64,000 nt of DNA, taken from the NCBI GenBank assembly GCA_039679345.1, contig JBDKVE010000298.1, forward strand, positions 3,221 to 67,220, read 5' to 3'. Below the pieces are notes generated by a model. That model made no database searches and had not been told where the DNA came from. It saw only the letters and a list, made by a program, of their open reading frames with translations. Made by a program: the position numbers and the translations under genes. Within the stretch, counting starts at the first letter, position 1. Each line of letters begins with the position of its first letter. The stretch is from Anaerohalosphaeraceae bacterium. GTDB lineage: Bacteria > Planctomycetota > Phycisphaerae > Sedimentisphaerales > Anaerohalosphaeraceae. Of this stretch, positions 10,044 to 18,920 are shown piece by piece.

Positions 10044-10568
10044 ATGTGTGCAGAACAGGCGGATTTGGGCCGGATTCAACTGCTGATTATGGATGTCGAC
10101 GGGGTCTTGACCGACGGCGGCATTATCATTCATTCGGATGGCTCGGAAAGCAAACGGTTCAATGTGCTGGACGGCCAGCGGGTGACGCTGTGGCATCGGG
10201 CGGGACTGGACAGCGCCATTCTCAGCGGACGCGAGACGGCGGCGACGACGGTGCGGGCCGAACAGCTTGGGATTAAGTATGTGCTGCAGGGCTGCAAGCA
10301 GAAACTGCCGGCTTTTGAGCAATTGCTGAAGGATACGGGATATACGCCGGAGCAGGTGGCTTATATCGGCGATGACTGGCTGGATTTGCCGCTGCTGCGG
10401 CGGGTGGGGTTTGCGGCGGTTCCGGCGCAGGGTGTCGAAGAGATCAAGCCGTATGCCCATTATGTGACGCGGGCTGCCGGGGGGGATGGGGCGGTGGCGG
10501 AGGTGATTGAATATCTCCTGCGTCAGACCGGGCGATGGGAGCAATTGATTGAGCGGTATCTGGTATAA
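10044..10568 (+). CDS. kdsC: KDO-8-phosphate phosphatase (HAD-IIIA)
   Basis: 174 aa. LLIMDVDGVLTDG is HAD motif I and AYIGDDWLDLP is motif IV. It immediately follows kdsD. Confidence 0.9.
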   Translation: MCAEQADLGRIQLLIMDVDGVLTDGGIIIHSDGSESKRFNVLDGQRVTLWHRAGLDSAILSGRETAATTVRAEQLGIKYVLQGCKQKLPAFEQLLKDTGYTPEQVAYIGDDWLDLPLLRRVGFAAVPAQGVEEIKPYAHYVTRAAGGDGAVAEVIEYLLRQTGRWEQLIERYLV

Positions 10569-10583
10569 ATAAGGATATTTAAT

Positions 10584-13544
10584 ATGGTGCGAAAGATGAT
10601 TATCGGCATAACGGCTTTGGTCGTTGTGGCGTTATTGTTTATGGGGTATCTGCAACTGACAGAAACCAAGGGGGTGAAGACTGCCGATGAATCGTCCGTG
10701 CAGGCGATTCCTGATCAGCCTGTTGATCCGCAGGCGCGGCAGATTGACCAGACGAAAATCATTGGAGTCAATCAGGCGCGTTATACGATCATGGATCCGC
10801 AGACGCGTCAGATTCGGCGTATTTTTGGCTTTGAGAAACTTGTCAATCCCGGCACGCAGTCCAATAACTGGCAGGTTCTAAAGCCGTATATGTATGTGTT
10901 CGAAGACCGGTTTCGGTGCCGGATGGATGCCGATAAGGGGGATATTCAGGTGGAAGACAGCGGCAGTACGCCGATTCCGCAGGATGCCCAGTTAACCGGC
11001 AAGGTGGTTATCCGGCTGCTTCCGGTCGAAGGTCAGAAGTTTACCGAGACGGTGATTCTGCTGGATGATTTGAATTACAGCAGCGAGCGGTCGGAGTTTT
11101 TTACCAACGGGCCGGTGGAACTGATTTCGGCACAGGCCCGGCTGGTGGGCAAAGGGATGCTGATGATGCATAACCCGGCCAACGGGCGGATTGAATATTT
11201 TCAGATTAAGGATCTGGAGTATCTGCGGCTGAAAAATGCGGTGTCGTCGAAATTGTTCGGCAGCGCTTCCGACGACCCGGCGGGGAAAGCCGATACCGGG
11301 ACAGCGAAGACGGAAAACGGTGATAAGCCTGCTCCTGTCAAGCGGGTCAGCCCGGACACAAAAGCTGTGGCCGGCACAGCACAGACAGAACCCAACAGTG
11401 CCGATTTGACGATGCCTCCATTGTTGTATCAATGTGCGCTGCACGATAATGTTGAGATTCAGTATGCCAAACAGGCGATCATCAAAGGGGCGCAGGAAAT
11501 AACGATTCTGAATATGCTGTTTGGGCCGCAGCCCGGCGGCGAGGCGTCCGGCGACACTACGGCGTCGCAGGATGCCGCGGCGACGGCTGAACCTGAGCCT
11601 TTAGCGGTTCAATCGCCGGGAACCCTGCTGGAAGGCGAATTGCCGTGGGAGCAGCGGACCAAACTGCCGGACGTCCCGGCCGATGATGATACGACCGATG
11701 TGATTGTGACCTGCGACGGCGGGATTGTGGTCAAGCCGATGGATAGTTTGTATGATGGAACGACGGCGGTTTCACTGGATGTGCAGGTGACCGGCAAGCC
11801 GCTACTGATTCAGCGGCTGGATGCCGCGGCCGGCCAGACGCCCTATACGATGGTGCAGTGCCAGAGTCTGCAATATACTCCCTCGCAGGATGTGCTGAAG
11901 CTGTTTGTCGGCGAATTTGAAAAAACGGTGCGGCTGAACATGAATGCCGAGGGCGGGTATCTGGAGACGACGGGCAATGTGCTGTGGGACCGCAAGAGCA
12001 GTTATGCGCTGGTGGATGGGCCGGGCAAGATGGTGCTTGAGCCTGTCGCCGACAAGGCGGAACCTACTGCAGGTTCAGGGACGGCTTCGCTTTCCGGGCC
12101 GGCACAGGTGACATTCGGACAAAAGATGGATGTATTTTTTGCCGAGGCGCCGCAATCGGCACAAGGCGAGATAGCCCTTGCCGCGGTCAACCTGGCCGGC
12201 GGGATGAAGGCGGTGATGAAAAACAGTTCGACGCTTCGGACACAGGCCGAATCAGCCCGGCTGGAATTCAATCCGGGCAACCAGCTTGCCCGCGTGGAAC
12301 TCAATGGCGATGTGCAGTTTGCTTCGGAAGCGGAACAAGGCAAATCTCAGGCGCAGTCGGATAATGCCGTGCTGAGCTTTGCGGCGGAAAATACCCTGAC
12401 GACGGCGGATTTCAAGGGCCATGTGGCGTTTGATTCCGAGCAGGGGACGTTTACCTCCGGCGATGCGAAGATTCAATTTGCCAAAAACGAGTCGGGACAG
12501 CTTGAGCCGGTGGCGCTGACCAGTACGACTGAGGCTGTGATGGTCAGCAAATCCACCGATGCCGAGCAGAAAACGGCACGATTTGAAGCCCAGCGGATTG
12601 ATTATGAACTGTCCAAAGGGTCGGCGGTGGCCCAGGGGCCGGTGGTGTTCAGCTTCTTTACGCCCGCCGATGCCAATGATCCGGGCTCGAGTCTGCCGGT
12701 GACGATCACAGCCCAGAAGAATGCGGAATTTATTACGGGGTCGGGCAAGAGCATTCGACAGGTGGTCTTTAACGGCAATGTGATTGGCGACGCCACCGAG
12801 GAAAAGCCGCAGGAAAAGACGATTCGGCGATTCTTTGGAGACAAGCTGACGGTGGACCTGGGAACAGATACCGACGGCCGGACGACGATCAGCCATGTTG
12901 CTGTGACCGACGGCAATGTACGCCTTGAGGCGCGGCGGTTTTTGCAGGAGGCACTGGTCAGTCATGTGAAATTGAGCTGTCAGCGGTTTGATTATGAACA
13001 TGCGGCGCGGCTGGTTGCTGCGGCAGGGCCTGGCAAAATCGAATTGAATAATCAGGACGTGGCAGCCGACCCCAATACCGAGGCGGGGTCGCTGGATTTG
13101 CGGCAGCCGTGCTATGCCCTGGTGGAAGGATTTAAGATGCTGACCTGGAAGATTCCGGAACAGCAAATCGTCGCCGCCGGCGGGGACAAGTCGCTATCGC
13201 TGGGATATATCACGATGAAAGACGGCAACCCGGACAAGGTGACCAAGGCTCAGTCGATGCATACGACATTGCAGCTTGCCAAAGATGCCACGAAGCGAAC
13301 GGTCCTGAGCGAATTGCTGGCTGAAGGTGGGATTTATCTGGAGCAGGTTGGCCAGCATGTTCTTGCGGGGCAGAAGCTGAGATATACCGGCGCGGATGGC
13401 TGGGTGCATATCGAAGGTAATGATGTTCAGCCCTGTTTTGTGGATGGCGTCAAAGTGCCGGTTGTGGATTACAACTTGCAGACGGGCCAGTTGAAGACCC
13501 AGCTTAGTACCTCGCCGGGAGCGATACCTGTTTCCCCCAAATAG
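10584..13544 (+). CDS. Membrane-anchored periplasmic protein with repeated OstA/LptA/LptC-like modules
   Basis: 986 aa. One N-terminal TM helix (IIGITALVVVALLFMGYLQL). Repeated strand patterns of the OstA type: ARLEFNPGNQLARVELNGDVQF, AVLSFAAENTLTTADFKGHVAF, VVFNGNVIG, ISHVAVTDGNVRLEA. It occupies the lptC-lptA slot directly after kdsD-kdsC. Confidence 0.55.
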   Translation: MVRKMIIGITALVVVALLFMGYLQLTETKGVKTADESSVQAIPDQPVDPQARQIDQTKIIGVNQARYTIMDPQTRQIRRIFGFEKLVNPGTQSNNWQVLKPYMYVFEDRFRCRMDADKGDIQVEDSGSTPIPQDAQLTGKVVIRLLPVEGQKFTETVILLDDLNYSSERSEFFTNGPVELISAQARLVGKGMLMMHNPANGRIEYFQIKDLEYLRLKNAVSSKLFGSASDDPAGKADTGTAKTENGDKPAPVKRVSPDTKAVAGTAQTEPNSADLTMPPLLYQCALHDNVEIQYAKQAIIKGAQEITILNMLFGPQPGGEASGDTTASQDAAATAEPEPLAVQSPGTLLEGELPWEQRTKLPDVPADDDTTDVIVTCDGGIVVKPMDSLYDGTTAVSLDVQVTGKPLLIQRLDAAAGQTPYTMVQCQSLQYTPSQDVLKLFVGEFEKTVRLNMNAEGGYLETTGNVLWDRKSSYALVDGPGKMVLEPVADKAEPTAGSGTASLSGPAQVTFGQKMDVFFAEAPQSAQGEIALAAVNLAGGMKAVMKNSSTLRTQAESARLEFNPGNQLARVELNGDVQFASEAEQGKSQAQSDNAVLSFAAENTLTTADFKGHVAFDSEQGTFTSGDAKIQFAKNESGQLEPVALTSTTEAVMVSKSTDAEQKTARFEAQRIDYELSKGSAVAQGPVVFSFFTPADANDPGSSLPVTITAQKNAEFITGSGKSIRQVVFNGNVIGDATEEKPQEKTIRRFFGDKLTVDLGTDTDGRTTISHVAVTDGNVRLEARRFLQEALVSHVKLSCQRFDYEHAARLVAAAGPGKIELNNQDVAADPNTEAGSLDLRQPCYALVEGFKMLTWKIPEQQIVAAGGDKSLSLGYITMKDGNPDKVTKAQSMHTTLQLAKDATKRTVLSELLAEGGIYLEQVGQHVLAGQKLRYTGADGWVHIEGNDVQPCFVDGVKVPVVDYNLQTGQLKTQLSTSPGAIPVSPK

Positions 13545-13577
13545 GAGGCATCGAATCCTTCGATGAATGTGACCCAA

Positions 13578-13619
13578 TAAAAACCCCCGGTTCGGAATCG
13601 AATCGGGGGTTTTCTTTTG
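13578..13619. terminator. Bidirectional hairpin terminator between convergent genes
   Basis: Stem acccccg (13583..13589) pairs with cgggggt (13604..13610). It is flanked by aataaaa upstream and ttttctttt downstream. Confidence 0.75.
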
Positions 13620-13636
13620 TCTGTGTCGGTTGTGTG

Positions 13637-15910
13637 TTATTTCTGTTCCACCAGTTCCATAATGCCGGCATCGATAAACTGACCGCCGCTGGTTTGCTTG
13701 CAATAGATGGCCAGGGTATTGGCGCCTTTTTTGAGGGCCTTTGACGCGGTTTCGGGCAGCATTACGGTATCATATTCACCTGTAAAGTCGGACAGTTCGG
13801 CGACCAGGGTGCCGTTGATATACACTTTGGCATCTTCGTCATGATGGATCGTTAGGGCGATATCGCCTTTGGGTGCATCCTTCAACTCAAAGGTTCTGCG
13901 GAGCCAGATTTCGCCGGTTTTCCATTCGGTGCCGACGACGGCGCCCGGAGTACCCTGTGTGCCAAAGCCGCCTTTGCCGGCGGTCCAGGCTGCATCATTA
14001 AATTGCGGCTGGAACCAGTTTTCAGCGGGGGCGGCGGTGGTGTATTTCCATGACTGAGCCTGCGTCTGAGAAGACGGCACGAGGGGCTGGACTTTGGGCA
14101 TGGGCAGATAAAGTTTCTTATGGGCCTTAATCAGGCTGGGCTTGTCCATCTTGAAGACTGCCCGGTCATAGGTCAGCAGGCCGTTGACTTCGACTTCCAC
14201 GTCGGAGGTCTGGGTATAAACGGCGGCGCTGAGGCCGGCGGCAATCAGGGGCCGCAGCATAGCCATCTGGTTCAGATAAGCGGTGGTCAGTTCCGCTTCA
14301 CTCTTGTAGCTGCGATAACCCCAGTTCTTTTCATCCTGCCAGGTGTGGCCTGGCAGCGGCAGACCCAGTCCGCCGAATTCGCCAAGCACCACGGCGCGGG
14401 CTTCTTCGACTTTGGGCATGGACGGCGCGGGGTAATGATGCATGTCATTGACATGGCCGACGCCGCGGTCTGACCAGCCGCTGGCATTATTGACCAGGCG
14501 GGTGGGATCGAGTTCTTCGGTCCATTTGACGATACGGGCCGTATCGAACTGGCCCCAGCCTTCGTTGAACGGAACCCACATCACGATAGAAGGAGAATTG
14601 TACAGGGCATTGATAATATTCTTCCATTCGGTTTCATAAATGGCGATGGATTCGGGTGTTCGTGTGATATCCGGATCGTTGGGGCCGATATAGCGGTCAC
14701 CGCTGGGCATATCCTGCCAGACGATAATACCGAGTTTGTCGCACCAGTAGTACAGACGTGCCGGTTCGGTCTTGACGTGCTTGCGGAGCATGTTCATGCC
14801 GAGTTCCTTGAGGATTTCCACGTCAGACTTCAGGGCCTCGTCGGTGGGGGCGGTATAAAGACCATCCGGCCACCAGCCCTGATCGAGCGGGCCGTACTGG
14901 AAGAGGAACTGATTGTTGAACATGACGCGGGTGATACCTTTTTCGTCTTTACCGAGGCTGATTTTACGCATCCCGAAATACGAATCCACGGAATCAACGA
15001 CCTTGCCGTTTTTCTCGATACGGACGGTCAGGTCATACAGGAACGGGCTGTCCGGGGACCAGAGTTTGGGATTCTTGACATCCAGCGTCAGAGTGCTGTT
15101 TGTGGAAGCGGCAGAGGCGGCAAAACCTTTGGCTTTGGATTCGATGGCATACGAGAGGCCCTGTGTATCACCGGCGGCATTGACCTGGACGGTTACTTTC
15201 TGTGCGTCCACATCGGGAGTCAGCTTGATGCTGCTGATATAAGTTTTGGCCACGGGTTCAGCCCAGACGGTCTGCCAGATACCGGTGACCGAGGTGTACC
15301 AGATGCCGTGCGGATTGTTAATCTGTTTGCCGCGGGGCTGAGTGCCTTTGTCGGTGGGATCCCAGACGCCCACGACGAGGGTCTGCGGGCCGGTGGGCTT
15401 CAGCGCGGAGGTGATATCAAAGAAGAACGGGTCATATCCGCCTTTGTGGCTTCCGACGAGTGTGCCGTTGACAAAGACTTCGCATTGCCAATCGACAGCA
15501 CCAAAATGCAGCAGGATGTTTTTGTCTTTCCATCCGGCCGGAGCGGTGAAGGTTCTGTGGTACCAGAGTTTATTGTCGGCTCCGACGGTCTTGCCGACGC
15601 CGGACAGGGCGGATTCAATGGCAAAGGGCACCAGAATCTGACCATCATATTGCTGAGGTTGTTGGGCGTCTTTGCTGACAATGGCATAATCCCATAAACC
15701 GTTGAGGTTTGTCCAGTCTTCGCGAACCATTTGAGGCCGCGGATATTCGGGCAGGACTTTATCCGGATTTACTTTTTTAGCCCAGGGGGACATGATTTTG
15801 CCTTCGACGGGCTTCCATGCGGTCTGAGCGGCCTGACAAGAAGTTGACAGACAGCAAATGGCTGCCAGCGTCAGGCACGACCAGACGGTGTTGCTTTTTA
15901 GATTGACCAT
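13637..15910 (-). CDS. Glycoside hydrolase family 2 (beta-galactosidase/beta-glucuronidase-like) with extra C-terminal jelly-roll module
   Basis: 757 aa with a signal peptide. LHFGAVDWQCEVFVNGTLVGSHKGGYDPFFFDIT is the GH2 sugar-binding domain. NMLRKHVK..WQDMP and VMWVPFNEGWGQ are the TIM-barrel acid/base region. Confidence 0.85.
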   Translation of the reverse strand: MVNLKSNTVWSCLTLAAICCLSTSCQAAQTAWKPVEGKIMSPWAKKVNPDKVLPEYPRPQMVREDWTNLNGLWDYAIVSKDAQQPQQYDGQILVPFAIESALSGVGKTVGADNKLWYHRTFTAPAGWKDKNILLHFGAVDWQCEVFVNGTLVGSHKGGYDPFFFDITSALKPTGPQTLVVGVWDPTDKGTQPRGKQINNPHGIWYTSVTGIWQTVWAEPVAKTYISSIKLTPDVDAQKVTVQVNAAGDTQGLSYAIESKAKGFAASAASTNSTLTLDVKNPKLWSPDSPFLYDLTVRIEKNGKVVDSVDSYFGMRKISLGKDEKGITRVMFNNQFLFQYGPLDQGWWPDGLYTAPTDEALKSDVEILKELGMNMLRKHVKTEPARLYYWCDKLGIIVWQDMPSGDRYIGPNDPDITRTPESIAIYETEWKNIINALYNSPSIVMWVPFNEGWGQFDTARIVKWTEELDPTRLVNNASGWSDRGVGHVNDMHHYPAPSMPKVEEARAVVLGEFGGLGLPLPGHTWQDEKNWGYRSYKSEAELTTAYLNQMAMLRPLIAAGLSAAVYTQTSDVEVEVNGLLTYDRAVFKMDKPSLIKAHKKLYLPMPKVQPLVPSSQTQAQSWKYTTAAPAENWFQPQFNDAAWTAGKGGFGTQGTPGAVVGTEWKTGEIWLRRTFELKDAPKGDIALTIHHDEDAKVYINGTLVAELSDFTGEYDTVMLPETASKALKKGANTLAIYCKQTSGGQFIDAGIMELVEQK

Positions 15911-16233
15911 AATACTCTCCTGAAAAAAATTAGTTTTCTATACCCAACGGGTATGATTATTCCGCGAGCAAAAGAAACAAGTGGTTGATGCCACTGTACT
16001 TAGCCGCGCCGAAACTGAAAATTTTAAATAGCAACAGAATAATAATACTCCGATTTTCGTTGCTGGGTTACATCTAAAGTTCCTATTTTACCATCAGCCC
16101 TGTGCCTATATAGATGCATTATTTTATACACAGGAAACAAGAAAAACTTACTATTATTTTATACGAATTGCGGATGTTAAGATAGGGAGAGTTTGCATTT
16201 CAATTAAATATCAAAAAATGATAAATTAAAATG

Positions 16234-16275
16234 AAAAAAGCACACATGGCTCCCTTGCAGGAAACCCTGTGTGCT
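16234..16275 (-). terminator. Rho-independent terminator of the GH78-like gene
   Basis: agcacaca (16239..16246) pairs with tgtgtgct (16268..16275). The A-run 16234..16239 is a T-run on the minus strand. Confidence 0.65.
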
Positions 16276-16304
16276 TCAAGGCAATCACATGATGCAACCG
16301 GATT

Positions 16305-18731
16305 TTATTTATCGGTAGTGCTGCCTGCCGCACCAGGAACGGGCAACTGAATTTTCTGATGGCCCGGATGCAGCTCAACGGATTGTTTGTTCCAGAGGAA
16401 TGTGCCGGTCAGATTTCCGGGCAAGGTGATTTGGGCTTCGATTCCTGTGATGCCTTTCCGCTGGAGGTGGACCTGGATTTGTCCCTGCGGATGCGGCATG
16501 GTTCCTTTGGCCCAGGTCAGCGGCCCCAGAGCCGGGGCAATCCTGACGGATTGGAAACCGGGCTTGGCCGGTTCGATGCCGCAGATGGTTGCCAGAAAAT
16601 CATAATTGGGGCTGGCGCTCCATGCGTGGCAGTCAGAACGGGTTGGTTCCGGCCGTTCGGCAAAGGTAGTCAGGCCCATGGCCAGCATGTCCCGCCAAGG
16701 CTGAAGCTGGGCGACATATTGTTCAGCAAGGCCTGCTTTCTTCATTGCCCGAATCAGGTAATATCGGTAATAGAAGGTACATTGAATCAGGCTCTTGTCG
16801 TCGGCCACCCGCTGAATAAACTCCGCCTGTTTTTCAGGGGGAACCAGATCTGTCAGAACCGCCATCACATTGGCGTGCTGGCTGAAAGCCTTTTTCTCAG
16901 GCGTATCGGCAAACAGCTTTCGATTCTCATCCCAACACAGACGCTGTGTGGCCTGCTTGAGCGATTCGGCCATGGCGCGGTATTTTTGAGCGGTATTGCT
17001 GTCCTGGAAAGCATCCATCAGGTCGGCGGCCTGAGCGAGGGTATAAGCCAATTGCAGTGTGATAATCGTGCTGTTGCCGTTTTCGGCTCCATCAGGGACT
17101 CCCCCGATATTAGCCTTGGTTGTCCATGCCCAGCTATCGGGCCAGTCCACGAAATTCCACCATTCCATCGGCCCCAGCATACCGTTGGCGTCAATGCGTC
17201 GCTTGTACCAGTCCAGCACGCCTCGTACTCCGATATCAAAGGATTGCACAAAGGCCGGGTCATCCACGTGCATCCAGTAATCATGGAGCATCGAAATCCA
17301 GAACAGGGAAAAGGTGGGAATCACCTGGGGCATGGACGTCGGATAGCGGCTGGAAGTCAGGCCGTCGGGGGTTCTTGAGTCATTGAAAAGCTGGATGGCA
17401 TTGCGCATGAGGCGGTCATCGCCGGCGACATAAAGAGAAATAAGAGATTGAATGCGAGTGTCGCCGACATACTGGAGCTGCTCGTAATAAGGGCAGTCGA
17501 AATACGTTTCGCCGGCGCAGAGCCGGGCCGTACGCCAGCCAACCTGCCAGATCGCATCCAGCGAGGAATCGCTGCAAGCAAAGGATGCTTTTTCCTGGAA
17601 GGGGTAGGCAGTGAAAATGCCCTGGAATTTTTCGAGGGTCAGCGGGTCTTTATCGGTGGTGATATCCAATTGGAGGTATCGCCAGGTGCGGAGCCATAAG
17701 GGGCGAAACAGGCGGTTGGTCCCGCCGTCGGCGGTAAATATATCAAAATATCCGATGATTTGTCGGCCTTCAATGGAATCCCGATTGCCTTTCTCGAATT
17801 TCTCATCCACCAATGCTTCCGCGTAGGTCAATTTTATCGTTGCCTCTTTGCCGCCGGAGACAGACAGTTCCGGATACCCCATTGTAAGATGGGTCTGATC
17901 CAGAAGGATGGAAACGGTTTTATTCGCCGGAATGGTCAGGGGCCGGCTGTCTTTGATAAAATCATCCGTGGCTTGGATATCCTGACAGCGGGCAATGCGT
18001 CCGAGGGAGTGCGGCGTCGATTCCATGACAGGGATGGTGCGAGGGATCAGCAGCCAGTGGGTGTTGGCATCATGCAGGCCGCGGGGGGCCGCACGTTCGA
18101 CGACTCGTGCCTGTGGCCAGTCTGAATCGTCAAAGTCAATTTCCTGCCAGCCCCAGGGATATTTTGCCCCATCGACCTGTTCGCCGGGGCCTACGGCCAC
18201 AAACGCCCGCAAGGACGTATCATGCACTTGAATCATGGAATAGGCCGGATTATGATAGACTTTCCATTCGGTGTTGGTGTTGACCTGTTTGGAAATCGCG
18301 TCATTACCCTGAAGCAGGAAGCCGGTATGATAGGAAATCTGCGCCCACGGTTTATCGTCGGCATAGTTCCAGACCACGGCGGCTAATACATTGGCGCCCG
18401 GTTTAAGGTGAGGGGCGAGATCCACGGTCTCGTAACGCCAGTGCCATAAATCGCCGCGTGCCGGGCCCTCACTGATCGGATTGCCGTTAATGAATAACCG
18501 GTACCGGTTGTCTGCGGACACATGCACAATGAATGAGTCGGGCTTTTTGTCGAGTTGAAATGATTTGCGAAAATGATACACACCAAACTCATGCACCGAG
18601 AGGGTGGGGTGAGCAATCCACTGTGCGGACCACGGCTGTTTGAGCAGGGTCGGGTTGATTGGGTCTTTCGCTGTTGCGGTACTGAACCCTGCCAGAGTGA
18701 CGGACAGGACAATCATCAATCGTTTGATCAT
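16305..18731 (-). CDS. GH78-like alpha-L-rhamnosidase family protein
   Basis: 808 aa with a signal peptide. N-terminal jelly roll (YHFRKSFQLD..VSADNRYRLFINGNPI). The six-hairpin region ETYFDCPYYEQLQYVGDTRIQ resembles the rhamnosidase catalytic domain. Confidence 0.6.
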   Translation of the reverse strand: MIKRLMIVLSVTLAGFSTATAKDPINPTLLKQPWSAQWIAHPTLSVHEFGVYHFRKSFQLDKKPDSFIVHVSADNRYRLFINGNPISEGPARGDLWHWRYETVDLAPHLKPGANVLAAVVWNYADDKPWAQISYHTGFLLQGNDAISKQVNTNTEWKVYHNPAYSMIQVHDTSLRAFVAVGPGEQVDGAKYPWGWQEIDFDDSDWPQARVVERAAPRGLHDANTHWLLIPRTIPVMESTPHSLGRIARCQDIQATDDFIKDSRPLTIPANKTVSILLDQTHLTMGYPELSVSGGKEATIKLTYAEALVDEKFEKGNRDSIEGRQIIGYFDIFTADGGTNRLFRPLWLRTWRYLQLDITTDKDPLTLEKFQGIFTAYPFQEKASFACSDSSLDAIWQVGWRTARLCAGETYFDCPYYEQLQYVGDTRIQSLISLYVAGDDRLMRNAIQLFNDSRTPDGLTSSRYPTSMPQVIPTFSLFWISMLHDYWMHVDDPAFVQSFDIGVRGVLDWYKRRIDANGMLGPMEWWNFVDWPDSWAWTTKANIGGVPDGAENGNSTIITLQLAYTLAQAADLMDAFQDSNTAQKYRAMAESLKQATQRLCWDENRKLFADTPEKKAFSQHANVMAVLTDLVPPEKQAEFIQRVADDKSLIQCTFYYRYYLIRAMKKAGLAEQYVAQLQPWRDMLAMGLTTFAERPEPTRSDCHAWSASPNYDFLATICGIEPAKPGFQSVRIAPALGPLTWAKGTMPHPQGQIQVHLQRKGITGIEAQITLPGNLTGTFLWNKQSVELHPGHQKIQLPVPGAAGSTTDK

Positions 18732-18862
18732 ACAGGCTTAATCTCCCATGCTATCCAAAGGTTCATCAATTGTATCTTGGAAACGATGGTTCACAGTATA
18801 AACGGCGGGTCCGATTGCTTCCAGCAGGAAGTTGAAATTTTGTTGTTGATAGCCGGGTAAAA

Positions 18863-18892
18863 GAAAAAAGCCCGAACAAAATTGTCCGGGCT
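18863..18892 (-). terminator. Terminator of the EF-G gene
   Basis: agcccg (18869..18874) pairs with cgggct (18887..18892). The A-run 18863..18869 gives a T-run on the minus strand. Confidence 0.55.
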
Positions 18893-18920
18893 TTGGAGAA
18901 ATCGTTGATCAGCGAAAGGT

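Noticed and set aside
9456-10544. 362-aa minus-strand ORF, and similar long antisense ORFs: 12252..13166, 14777..15697, 16359..17378, 27612..28349, 43456..44073, 45080..45700, 45989..46831, 57146..58066, 58895..59965.
   Set aside because: Each lies entirely opposite a gene with strong family motifs. They have Arg/Pro/His/Gln-rich, low-complexity composition typical of shadow frames, and no start context. I treat them as non-coding.
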